Shown piece after piece: positions 1 through 7,853 of a stretch of 21,581 nucleotides of DNA. The position numbers were made by a program, and so were the translations under genes. Origin of the DNA: a bacterium (GTDB taxonomy: Bacteria > SZUA-182 > DTGQ01). The stretch's first letter is position 1. The number at the start of each line of letters is the position of its first letter. The notes below the pieces were generated by a model. It made no database searches, was not told the DNA's origin, and worked only from the letters and a program-made list of their open reading frames with translations. Where the stretch lies: contig JBFMGO010000104.1 of assembly GCA_040752695.1 (NCBI GenBank), positions 1 through 21,581 of the forward strand, in the 5' to 3' direction.

Positions 1-399
1 GTATTCGAAAGCTGTTGGGAACAAAGATTGCTCGAAACAGGAACGGTAAAAAGAGTCAAGAAATCTCGCTTAATCATGAGTGAAATTATGACTATAGTCA
101 TATACTTTCATTTCTCTAAATTTAGAACTTTTAAAGATTACTATGTAAATTTTATATGCGGCTCTCATCATTCAGCCTTCCCAAACCTGGTAAGTTATAA
201 CAGGTTTGTAGAGCTATCACAAGGGGTTATAGTTCCCTTGCTGTTTTACCTTCAAACCCAGAGGCTTGGCAAGATAACGGGAATTTCATTTATTGATTCC
301 CCCCCCTTAGAGGTGTGCCATCCCAGAAGGATTCACTCTCATCGTGTGCTTAAGGGCAGTGCCTAAAGAGGAAAATCCTCTGTAGGATGGTTCTATGGC
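1..399 (+). pseudogene. IS982-family transposase fragment (open at the window edge, internal stop at 364-366, truncated after WFYG)
   Basis: The frame is open from base 1 (VFESCWEQRLLETG...). It carries IS982-type motifs SEIMTIVIYFH..FRTFKDYY, FPNLVSYNRFVEL and TGISFIDS...VCH.RRI. After TAA (364-366) the same frame continues RGKSSVGWFYG (367-399), the conserved RGK.S.GWFYGFKLH motif, then breaks off. No terminal inverted repeat seen. Confidence 0.9.
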
Positions 400-453
400 C
401 ACCATAGTTGAAGGAGGAATTGATGGAGGGAGGAGGTGAAGGGCAGGGAAAGG

Positions 454-3114
454 TCAAGAGGAGAAAATTCTTTCCAAAACTTCTTTAATCGGATAATATT
501 GTTGAACTACTTGCTGAATATTTTTCTTATAGCTGCTATTAATTCGATAAGCATTCTTAAAGTACTGGATAAACTGTGCAAAAGCGTCAAGGTAGGCATT
601 TTCGTCCTCTACCACTTTTGACTTCCATATCCAATAGCAGCCGACGGAAAAATTGATTTGTGCAGATTGAGGCATAAAATATACCGCCCGGTCAAACTCT
701 TTCTCGGCTGCGGCCAGAAAGGACCCGATATGGTCCATATTTTCTTCCTGTTTCCCCTGATCCAATGTGTGCCAGGCCAGCTTTAAATGGTAATAAGGAT
801 TGCTGGGATTTAGCAGTATAGCCCGTTCCAAAGCGAGTAAAGCATAATCATTCTCTGGTTCTCTTACAGCCGCTTTTTTTACTGCCGCTTCTCCCACCAC
901 CTCATCTCTTACCGCCACTTCTTTCACTGCATCTTCTCCTACCGCATCATCTCTTATCGCCGCTTTTTCTACTGTATCATCTCTTATCGCCGCTTCTTTT
1001 ACTGTATCTTCTCCTGCTGTATCTTTTCTTACCGCTATTTCTCCCACTGTCAACTCATATATCCCATCATTGCCCCCGTACATTCTTCCATCATCGCTCC
1101 CATGCTTTTCACCATTATCACGCCTATCATCATCATCATTATCACTACCGCTACCCTCATCATCTTCGCTCCTCTTATTCCTTTTGTTCCCTTTACTCCC
1201 CTGGTTGGCACCGTCAACCTTCAGTTTCTTCAACACAGCCAGAACCACTGGCTGTTCATATGTTTTTTGCATTTTTTGAGTATTTTGCATTTTTTGTATT
1301 TTTTGCTGATCATCCGCTGCGCTCTCTTCCAGGAGAGAGGCCAGCCAATAAAAATATTCCGCGTTTGTTGGTTCGATGGTGATAGCTTTACAAATTTCCC
1401 CTATGGTGGGATCTTTCTTCCTTTTTATTGTGCTGTCAGGCAAAGTGGGTACAAGCTTTTCAGCCAGATAAGGTTCCCTCACCAGCATCAGCGCATAGCA
1501 GAACCCGGCCATGAGGAAGAGGGCCAGGGGCCATTGAAGCCAGACGGGAAGATAAAACGTCAATTTTTTCTGTTCTTCGTTTTTCCTCTCCCTGCTGTGC
1601 TCACCGTCGGATGCAGGATCTTCTTCCCCTCTGCTTTGGTGATGATACGTCAGGGCCGCCTGAGTAACGCCGACCGCTATGCTTAAAAGCAGGGCATTGG
1701 CCGGAATATGCATATTGAAGTCTGTAAGACTATGCAGCGCAAGAGAAGTGATGGCTCCCATGCCTCCCAGGCCAATGCCGACGCTCAGGCTGTTTTTCCT
1801 TTTCTTCCAGAGAAAGAAAAAGTAGCCCAGACAAAAGAAAAGAAAAAAGATGCCCAGCCCTAAGCCGACAAGGCCCATTTCAGCAGCCAATTCCACCCAA
1901 TCATGGTGTGCATGGTCGATGACCCATTTATCATCTTTCGGGTCCTGATATTTAGGGTAAGCCTTTTCAAAGGTCCCCCAGCCAGTGCCCATAAGAGGGA
2001 AGTCTCTCACTATGCCCAGGGATGTCGTAGCAAAACGGACTCTTATCTGGGCATCATCACTCAATTTCTCAAACCGCTTCAATGTAGCACTCATGCCTGT
2101 TAAAAGCCCATACCCCAGGGCAATGAGCACGATAGCCACTCCTGCCAGTGCGTACCTTTTCACCTTGCTCCGAAAGAGCAGGAAAACACTCATGAGGATA
2201 AAGGCAACAGCGAGAGAGAGAATGCCTCCCCGAGAGCCTGACAGAAGAAGGGCAAGGAACATGATGGCAATCAAAAACATCAGCAGTATTCGCTTGGCCT
2301 GGTCGTGATCCTCTATGTTTAGGTTTAAAAGAAACCCTCTGATCCCGCCTACGGCGATGCTCCTTTGGGTATACCCCTTCCTTTTACCGGCCATGGCCAC
2401 CAGGAGCCCAAAGGACATGGGGATAGTTATCTCCAGTAATCCCGCCAGGTGATTTCTGTTAACGTAGGTGCCGGTTGCAAATCCGCCGTACCAGATGTTC
2501 TGATACCACAGGATGAAATCACACTTTCCCAAATACATCAGTATTCCATAGATAGCCTCAAATGAACCAATCAGGATAAAGGGGAATACCAGCGCAGTAA
2601 TCTTTTCTCTGTTATCTGCCCAGTTTATGATCAGCCAAAAAGCTCCCATGTAGGCCAGTATTTTGAAAAGGCCGATCTTAAAGCTGTAGGGACAGATAGA
2701 TAAGGTGACGAAATCCGGTACTTTCCCCAGAGCAGACTGATACATCCCGAAGGTTTCCGGAGAAAAAGTTTTCACCCATGTGGCAGGCAAGGGCAAGGAC
2801 TGAAGAATGAGCAGGCCAAGAAAGGCCAGAGCGAAAAAATTCAAAGGGCTCTTTCTGAAAGAAAGCTCTATCCTCTCGACCCATCTCCTGTCCGCCCCAC
2901 CCTGTCGTCGACCACTGGACTCCCAGTCAGGCGCAGCAGGGACTCCCCCCCCCTTCCATCTGCGGCTTTTAAAGACCTGCTTCATCAGCAGGCACAACCA
3001 CAGAACCAGAACCGTAATCTCCATCAGAGTGAATGGAAAGATGTGCACAGCTCCAAAGGCCAGAGGGCAGTAGATAATAAGAAAAATAAGACCGAATTTT
3101 ATAACTCTATCCAA
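454..3114 (-). CDS. O-antigen ligase (Wzy_C/WaaL-like) family membrane protein with C-terminal TPR-like region and low-complexity repeat insertion
   Basis: 886 aa with many hydrophobic segments. Motifs GTYVNRNHLAG, LSGSRGG, PLMGTGWGTF and HAHHDWVELAAEMG. TPR-like segments AITIEPTNAEYFYWLA, LERAILLNPSNPYYHLKLA and FDRAVYFMPQSAQINF. TTG start preceded by GAGG. Confidence 0.85.
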   Translation of the reverse strand: MDRVIKFGLIFLIIYCPLAFGAVHIFPFTLMEITVLVLWLCLLMKQVFKSRRWKGGGVPAAPDWESSGRRQGGADRRWVERIELSFRKSPLNFFALAFLGLLILQSLPLPATWVKTFSPETFGMYQSALGKVPDFVTLSICPYSFKIGLFKILAYMGAFWLIINWADNREKITALVFPFILIGSFEAIYGILMYLGKCDFILWYQNIWYGGFATGTYVNRNHLAGLLEITIPMSFGLLVAMAGKRKGYTQRSIAVGGIRGFLLNLNIEDHDQAKRILLMFLIAIMFLALLLSGSRGGILSLAVAFILMSVFLLFRSKVKRYALAGVAIVLIALGYGLLTGMSATLKRFEKLSDDAQIRVRFATTSLGIVRDFPLMGTGWGTFEKAYPKYQDPKDDKWVIDHAHHDWVELAAEMGLVGLGLGIFFLFFCLGYFFFLWKKRKNSLSVGIGLGGMGAITSLALHSLTDFNMHIPANALLLSIAVGVTQAALTYHHQSRGEEDPASDGEHSRERKNEEQKKLTFYLPVWLQWPLALFLMAGFCYALMLVREPYLAEKLVPTLPDSTIKRKKDPTIGEICKAITIEPTNAEYFYWLASLLEESAADDQQKIQKMQNTQKMQKTYEQPVVLAVLKKLKVDGANQGSKGNKRNKRSEDDEGSGSDNDDDDRRDNGEKHGSDDGRMYGGNDGIYELTVGEIAVRKDTAGEDTVKEAAIRDDTVEKAAIRDDAVGEDAVKEVAVRDEVVGEAAVKKAAVREPENDYALLALERAILLNPSNPYYHLKLAWHTLDQGKQEENMDHIGSFLAAAEKEFDRAVYFMPQSAQINFSVGCYWIWKSKVVEDENAYLDAFAQFIQYFKNAYRINSSYKKNIQQVVQQYYPIKEVLERIFSS
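861..1055. repeat. Degenerate 15-bp tandem repeat, 13 units, in frame in the ligase gene (5-aa units such as DDTVE, KAAIR, EDAVK, EVAVR)
   Basis: Units read off at a 15-bp period, e.g. ctcttatcgccgctt at 951 and 981. A near-perfect 30-bp doublet lies at 946-975/976-1005. Confidence 0.9.
1261..1305. repeat. 9-bp degenerate tandem repeat encoding QKIQKMQNTQKMQKT
   Basis: tgttttttgcattttttgagtattttgcattttttgtattttttg. Confidence 0.75.
2945..2953 (-). repeat. G9 homopolymer in the 5' part of the ligase gene (codons K-G-G-G)
   Basis: The plus strand reads gact-ccccccccc-ttcc. Confidence 0.85.
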
Positions 3115-3181
3115 GGGGGATTCCTCAAACTCGCCAAGGGGGGATTGCTCAAACTCGCCAAGGGGGGATTGCTCAAACTCG
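3111..3181. repeat. Three tandem copies of a 23/24-bp unit spanning the upstream stop codon, RBS and downstream start codon
   Basis: ccaagggggattcctcaaactcg (3111-3133), ccaaggggggattgctcaaactcg (3134-3157) and ccaaggggggattgctcaaactcg (3158-3181). Confidence 0.95.
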
Positions 3182-5770
3182 AGCTCTTATACCGGGAACT
3201 CCTTCGAGTTCGACGACAGGCTCGCCTTGAAATGGCATATCTTCGCTGAGCAACTGGGGTTTATATTCGGGCACGATCTCCCACAGTTTTAATTGTATCC
3301 CTCGGCGGTCGTATCTTCTGGCCAGGGTGAGCAGTTCCTCGATTTTGTTTTCCAGATCGCGGAATGATTTTCCTTCTCCTTCAGCACCGTTGCTTCTTAA
3401 GACCATGAGCTTCTCATGGGAGGTAGAGACAATTCCCTCTCCCTCAGTGATAAGCTCCTCATAGAGTTTTTCTCCCGGCCGCAAGCCGGTGATGTTGATG
3501 CGGATATCTTTGTCAGGCTCAAGCCCCGACAACCGGATCAGGTCTCTGGCCATATCGAGGATCTTGACCGGCCTGCCCATTTTCAGGATATAGATTTCTC
3601 CGCTTTCCCCCATAGCTCCTGCCTGGAGCACAAGCTGCACTGCCTCACTGATGGTCATAAAGTAGCGGGTAACCTCAGGGTGAGTTACGGCCAGCGGCCC
3701 GCCGCGGGCAATCTGTCTCTTGAAGAGCGGAATGACACTGCCAGCGCTGCCAATCACATTCCCGAATCGAACCGCCATGATCCTGGTCGAGGGGGTCGAT
3801 GAGGCGGTTATTGATGAAATAGACGATGCGGATGAAGTCGATGATGTGGATGATGTCGATGATGTGGACGATGCAGATGGAGTAGTCGATGCGGACAGCG
3901 TGGATAATGTGGAGGATGGAAGAGACGATGCGGATGAAGTCGATGATGTGGATGATGCAGATGGAGTAGTCGATGCGGACGGCGTGGATAATGTGGAGGA
4001 TGGAAGAGACGATGCGGACGACGTGGGTGATGCGGATGGAGGAGACGATGCGGATGACATGGACGATACGGACGATGTGGATGGAGGAGACGATGCGGAT
4101 GAGATGGATGATACGGACGATGCGGATGGAGAAGACGAGGCGGATGACATGGACGATATGGACGATATGGACGATGCGGATGGAGGAGACGATGCGGATG
4201 AGATGGATGATACGGACGATGCGGATGGAGGAGACGATGCGGATGAGATGGATGATACGGACGATGCGGATGGAGAAGACGATGCGGATGACATGGACGA
4301 TATGGACGATGCGGATGACATGGATGATGCCTTTTTCGATTGGGCTGATAGAGGCGATACAGATGCCCGCCTTGACGAGGGTGCTCCCTGATCTTCCCTC
4401 TTTGACTTTGCCGCCAGTTCTCTATGCTTGAGCAGCAGGATAATCTCGGCTACCCTTTTGCTTGCACCCATTACATTGGTCGGCCTTACCGCCTTATCCG
4501 TGGAGACCAGGACAAACCTTTCGGCTTTTACTTCCACTGCCGCTTCCAGGACGTTTTTGGTCCCCAGGATATTGTTATACACTGCCTCCCAGGGATGGAC
4601 TTCCATCATGGGAACGTGCTTATAGGCCGCGGCATGGAAAACGACCTGAGGTTTGAGCTGATTGAAAATTCCCCTAATGAACGCCGGTGTCGTTACCGAC
4701 CCCAAGATCGGGGCGATCCTCTGCTGAGGGAAAAGGTCCTTTAATTCCATTTCGATATCGTACAGGCTGCTTTCCGCCCGGTCCAGCATGACCAGAAGTT
4801 TCGGCTCGAATCTGGCTACCTGACGGCAGAACTCAGAGCCGATCGACCCGCCGGCACCGGTTATAAGAACGCATTTGCCTTTCAGGTAATCGCCGATCAT
4901 CTCCATGTCCAGTTCAACCTGCCCTCTGCCCAGAAGATCAGCGTAAGAGACATCCCGAATCCTCGATATGCTCACCTTATCGTCAATCAACTCCCCCATA
5001 CCGGGGATGGTCTTGCAATTGACACCGGTTTTCTGGCAAAGATCGATGATGCGGCGCATCTCCTCTGCCGTGGCTGAAGGGATGGCGATAATGATCTCGT
5101 CAATGCTCAAGCCCTCGACCGCAGAGGTAACCCCCTGGACGGTATCCAATACTTTAACCCCATGAATGGAGCGGTTGATCCTTTGAGGATCATCGTCGAG
5201 AAACCCTACTACCTTATAGTGTATCAATTCTTTATTATCTTTAATCTCCCGCAGGATCTTCTCTCCTGCACCACCGGCTCCGATTATCAGCACTCTTTTT
5301 TTCTTCTTGCCGCCAGTTCCATTCTTCCCCCATAAACAAAAGGGGAACCCCTCCTTTTTCATGGAAGAAAACCAGAGTCTGATCGCTACCCGGAAACCCC
5401 CGATCAAGAAAATGGTAAGAAGAGCGTCTATAAAGAATACCGACCGGGGAAATCCCTCAAGTCTGACCGTAATGGCAGCGAAAGTAACAATGGACAGTAA
5501 ACTGGCCAGTGATGCCCTGATGATATTCTCCAAATCCTCCAGCCCTGTGTAGCGGCACATTCCCCGATAGAGGCCAAGGTAATAAAAGATGGTAACTTTT
5601 AACAGGAGGATCGGGGCCAGTGTTCTCCTGAACAGGATGTATTCTGCATGGGGAAACTCCAGGTCGAAGCGAAGGAGGAATGATCCGGCATAAGAGGCGG
5701 TAAACAGCCCTATATCCACGAGGAAAAGAATGAGAAAGTTCTTATTGAACTTTTGCTTCGAATTCAGCAT
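3173..5770 (-). CDS. pglF: Membrane-anchored UDP-GlcNAc 4,6-dehydratase (PglF/CapD/WbpM/WbgZ family) with a large Ser-rich in-frame insertion
   Basis: About four N-terminal hydrophobic helices, an IIGAGGAG domain, TGAGGSIGSE, FHAAAYKHVPMME, STDKAVRPTNVMGASK (T-M-K catalytic variant), VRFGNVIGSAGSVIPLF and GLRPGEKLYEEL. AGGAGG lies 10 nt upstream of the ATG. Confidence 0.95.
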   Translation of the reverse strand: MLNSKQKFNKNFLILFLVDIGLFTASYAGSFLLRFDLEFPHAEYILFRRTLAPILLLKVTIFYYLGLYRGMCRYTGLEDLENIIRASLASLLSIVTFAAITVRLEGFPRSVFFIDALLTIFLIGGFRVAIRLWFSSMKKEGFPFCLWGKNGTGGKKKKRVLIIGAGGAGEKILREIKDNKELIHYKVVGFLDDDPQRINRSIHGVKVLDTVQGVTSAVEGLSIDEIIIAIPSATAEEMRRIIDLCQKTGVNCKTIPGMGELIDDKVSISRIRDVSYADLLGRGQVELDMEMIGDYLKGKCVLITGAGGSIGSEFCRQVARFEPKLLVMLDRAESSLYDIEMELKDLFPQQRIAPILGSVTTPAFIRGIFNQLKPQVVFHAAAYKHVPMMEVHPWEAVYNNILGTKNVLEAAVEVKAERFVLVSTDKAVRPTNVMGASKRVAEIILLLKHRELAAKSKREDQGAPSSRRASVSPLSAQSKKASSMSSASSISSMSSASSSPSASSVSSISSASSPPSASSVSSISSASSPPSASSISSISSMSSASSSPSASSVSSISSASSPPSTSSVSSMSSASSPPSASPTSSASSLPSSTLSTPSASTTPSASSTSSTSSASSLPSSTLSTLSASTTPSASSTSSTSSTSSTSSASSISSITASSTPSTRIMAVRFGNVIGSAGSVIPLFKRQIARGGPLAVTHPEVTRYFMTISEAVQLVLQAGAMGESGEIYILKMGRPVKILDMARDLIRLSGLEPDKDIRINITGLRPGEKLYEELITEGEGIVSTSHEKLMVLRSNGAEGEGKSFRDLENKIEELLTLARRYDRRGIQLKLWEIVPEYKPQLLSEDMPFQGEPVVELEGVPGIRARV
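3788..4331. repeat. Hierarchical tandem repeat (9-bp base unit, 45-bp and 84-bp higher-order units) encoding ~180 aa of Ser-Ser-X
   Basis: Perfect 45-bp copies at 4170-4214 and 4215-4259 and a near copy at 4071-4115. An 84-bp period links 3870 and 3954. Base units include gacgatgcg, gatgatgtg and gacgatatg. Confidence 0.97.
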
Positions 5771-5780
5771 AGGTTCATGA

Positions 5781-5786
5781 CCTCCT
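5781..5786 (-). promoter_or_regulatory. Shine-Dalgarno AGGAGG for the dehydratase gene
   Basis: cctcct on the plus strand, 10 nt from the ATG at 5770. Confidence 0.75.
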
Positions 5787-5888
5787 TGGGGAAAGGTGGC
5801 AAATTGGTATTAATCAGCACCTTCAAAAGGTCTTCGGATTATGAATGAAAATTGAAATGGTTAGGGAACGTGGAAATCCGTTTCCCTT

Positions 5889-5993
5889 AAAAAAAGAAAA
5901 CCTTGTGTAAAGGATGCGGGGAGCATAGACTGCATTCTCAAAAAAAAAGAAAACCTTATGCAAAGGATGCGGGGAGCATAGACAGAAATTCTC
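5889..5993. repeat. Two-copy ~53-bp direct repeat; each copy has two short hairpins followed by a U-tract on the minus strand (weak terminator-like)
   Basis: aaaaaaagaaaaccttgtgtaaaggatgcggggagcatagac at 5889 and aaaaaaagaaaaccttatgcaaaggatgcggggagcatagac at 5942. Stems are cctt/aagg and atgc/gcat. Confidence 0.85.
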
Positions 5994-6005
5994 GAACAGG
6001 CTCTT

Positions 6006-6602
6006 TCAGGACACTATGGATTCAATGGTCCTGAGAATCAGTACAAAATCGAGCCATAGTGACCGTTCACGTATGTATTTTTGATAATAGGCAAGTTTTA
6101 CAGGAAGGATTTTTTTTATGTATTCCTGCTCAGGATCTTCAGATAAATTCAGCATATCGTTTTCGTCCTTAAACTCGATGGCGGCAAAATCGGTAATTCC
6201 CGGGGGAACTGACAGGACGGCTTCTCTTATCTCTTCAGGATAATACCTTACATACCGGGGAACTTCCGGCCTTGGGCCTACCAGGCTCATATTCCCCATG
6301 ACCACATCGATGAGTTGAGGAAGCTCATCTAATTTATATGTGCGCAGGATTCGGCCAACCCTGGTGATGCGGCTGTCACCGCTGGTAGTAATCAGCGGCC
6401 CGCCTTGGCCGGTTTGTACCGTCATGGTCCGGAATTTATGGATTCTGAAAACCTGGCCAAAACGGCCCACCCGCTCCTGGCGGAAGAAAACAGGCCCTCT
6501 TGAATCGAATTTGATCAAAACCGCCAGTATCAGAAATACCGGCAGCAAAATGAGTAACCCGATCGATGAAAAAACCAGGTCAAAAATGCGCTTGGCAATC
6601 AC
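6006..6602 (-). CDS. Small monotopic phosphoglycosyl transferase (bacterial sugar transferase; PglC/WbgY-like initiating transferase)
   Basis: KRIFD followed by a single hydrophobic segment, GPVFFRQERVG, KFRTM, DSRITRVGRILR, LDELPQLIDV and MSLVGPRPE; 198 aa. Confidence 0.95.
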   Translation of the reverse strand: MIAKRIFDLVFSSIGLLILLPVFLILAVLIKFDSRGPVFFRQERVGRFGQVFRIHKFRTMTVQTGQGGPLITTSGDSRITRVGRILRTYKLDELPQLIDVVMGNMSLVGPRPEVPRYVRYYPEEIREAVLSVPPGITDFAAIEFKDENDMLNLSEDPEQEYIKKILPVKLAYYQKYIRERSLWLDFVLILRTIESIVS

Positions 6603-6637
6603 GATTACTGTTCTCTTTCTGTTCTCTTATCGTTCTC

Positions 6638-7819
6638 TTACCGTAATAATTCCCTTACCGCCTCGACGACCCGCGCCTGATCTTCATCAGTCATTCTGGT
6701 GAAAAGCGGCAGGCTCACTGCCTTTTGATACGCGAGAAAAGCGTGAGGGAAGTCCATCGGTTCCAGATTATAGGTATTACTCCAATAAGGGTGCAAATGA
6801 AGCGGAATAAAATGAACGCTGCACCCTATGCCCCTTACCGCCATTTGTTCGATGAATTCCTTACGACTGATCCTTACCGATTCATCCAGCCGAATGACAT
6901 AAATGTGCCAGGCATGCAAATCTCCACGGCGAGGATGGGGCGGAAGCTGCAAAGGCAAACCAGCCAGTTCCGCATCATATTGCTCAACTATTCGCATTCT
7001 CTTCTCCTGGAAGTTCCAAACCTTCTTTAATTGATGAATTCCCAGGGAGGCCGCAAGGTCCGTCATGTTATATTTAAACCCAGGGGCAATCACTTCATAA
7101 TACCAGGCTGGCTTGGTCGAAGAATACCGGTCAAAGGCATCGCGGCTGATCCCGTGCAGCCGCATCACCTTGCACCGGTCTGCAATCTTGCGGTTGCAGG
7201 TCACGACCATTCCGCCTTCGCCCGTGGCCAGGGTTTTATTTGCGTAAAAGCTGTATATGGTTGCGTCACTTTCCAGCGTCCCCACCAGCTTGCCGTTATA
7301 GGTTGTCGGTAGCGCGTGAGCAGCATCTTCCACTACAGCCAGCCCGTGGTGCCTCGCTATATCAACAATAGCGTCCATATCGCAGGCAAGCCCTGCAAAG
7401 TGCACCGGAATAATTGCCCTGGTGCGTGGCGTAATGGCTGCTTCAATCTTCGAGGGGTCAATATTGAAAGTGGCCGGATCTATATCGACAAAAACCGGCC
7501 TGGCCCCTAAATACCGGATAACCTCGGCAGTGGCGGTAAAGGTGTATGGCGTCGTGATAACTTCATCCCCAGCACCGATGCCAAGAGCCTCCAACCCCAG
7601 GTGTAAACCCGCAGTTCCTGAATTGACTGCAATCGCTTCCACACCATTGCCAAGAAACTCTGCAAAATTCCGCTCAAAAAGTTTGGTCTTAGGCCCGGTA
7701 GTGATCCAGCCTGACCGCAGAGAATCAACTACTTCCGCGACTTCCTCCTCGCCGATGTCCGGCACGAAGAAAGGCAGGAAACCAACTGTCCCTGTTGATT
7801 TTTCTTTGACTTCTAACAT
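6638..7819 (-). CDS. DegT/DnrJ/EryC1/StrS PLP-dependent sugar aminotransferase, WbgX-like
   Basis: [47 protein letters not shown] and [13 protein letters not shown]. The start was moved from 8008 to the ATG at 7819 (393 aa), which has AGAGGA upstream; the extra 63 codons have no family features. Confidence 0.93.
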   Translation of the reverse strand: MLEVKEKSTGTVGFLPFFVPDIGEEEVAEVVDSLRSGWITTGPKTKLFERNFAEFLGNGVEAIAVNSGTAGLHLGLEALGIGAGDEVITTPYTFTATAEVIRYLGARPVFVDIDPATFNIDPSKIEAAITPRTRAIIPVHFAGLACDMDAIVDIARHHGLAVVEDAAHALPTTYNGKLVGTLESDATIYSFYANKTLATGEGGMVVTCNRKIADRCKVMRLHGISRDAFDRYSSTKPAWYYEVIAPGFKYNMTDLAASLGIHQLKKVWNFQEKRMRIVEQYDAELAGLPLQLPPHPRRGDLHAWHIYVIRLDESVRISRKEFIEQMAVRGIGCSVHFIPLHLHPYWSNTYNLEPMDFPHAFLAYQKAVSLPLFTRMTDEDQARVVEAVRELLR

Positions 7820-7821
7820 TT

Positions 7822-7853
7822 TGTGTAATCCTCTTTTATGTGTAATCCTTCTT
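7822..7853. repeat. 17-bp-period direct duplication of the RBS region of the aminotransferase
   Basis: tgtgtaatcct at 7822 and 7839. The minus strand reads aagaAGGATTACACAtaaaagAGGATTACACAaaATG. Confidence 0.7.

Noticed and set aside
3111..3181. CRISPR array (also considered for 5889-5993 and 21434-21520)
   Set aside because: The units are directly adjacent with no unique spacers of CRISPR length, and there are no cas genes in the window.
3788..4420. Insert as an intein or intron
   Set aside because: No His-Asn/Cys-Ser-Thr splice junction or Hint-like sequence. It is low complexity, with no intron-like features.
3720..4431. Plus-strand Asp-rich (3720-4391) and Met/Arg/Trp-rich (3973-4431) ORFs
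   Set aside because: These are antisense shadows of the Ser repeat, which lacks stops in those frames. The minus frame carries intact dehydratase motifs on both sides.
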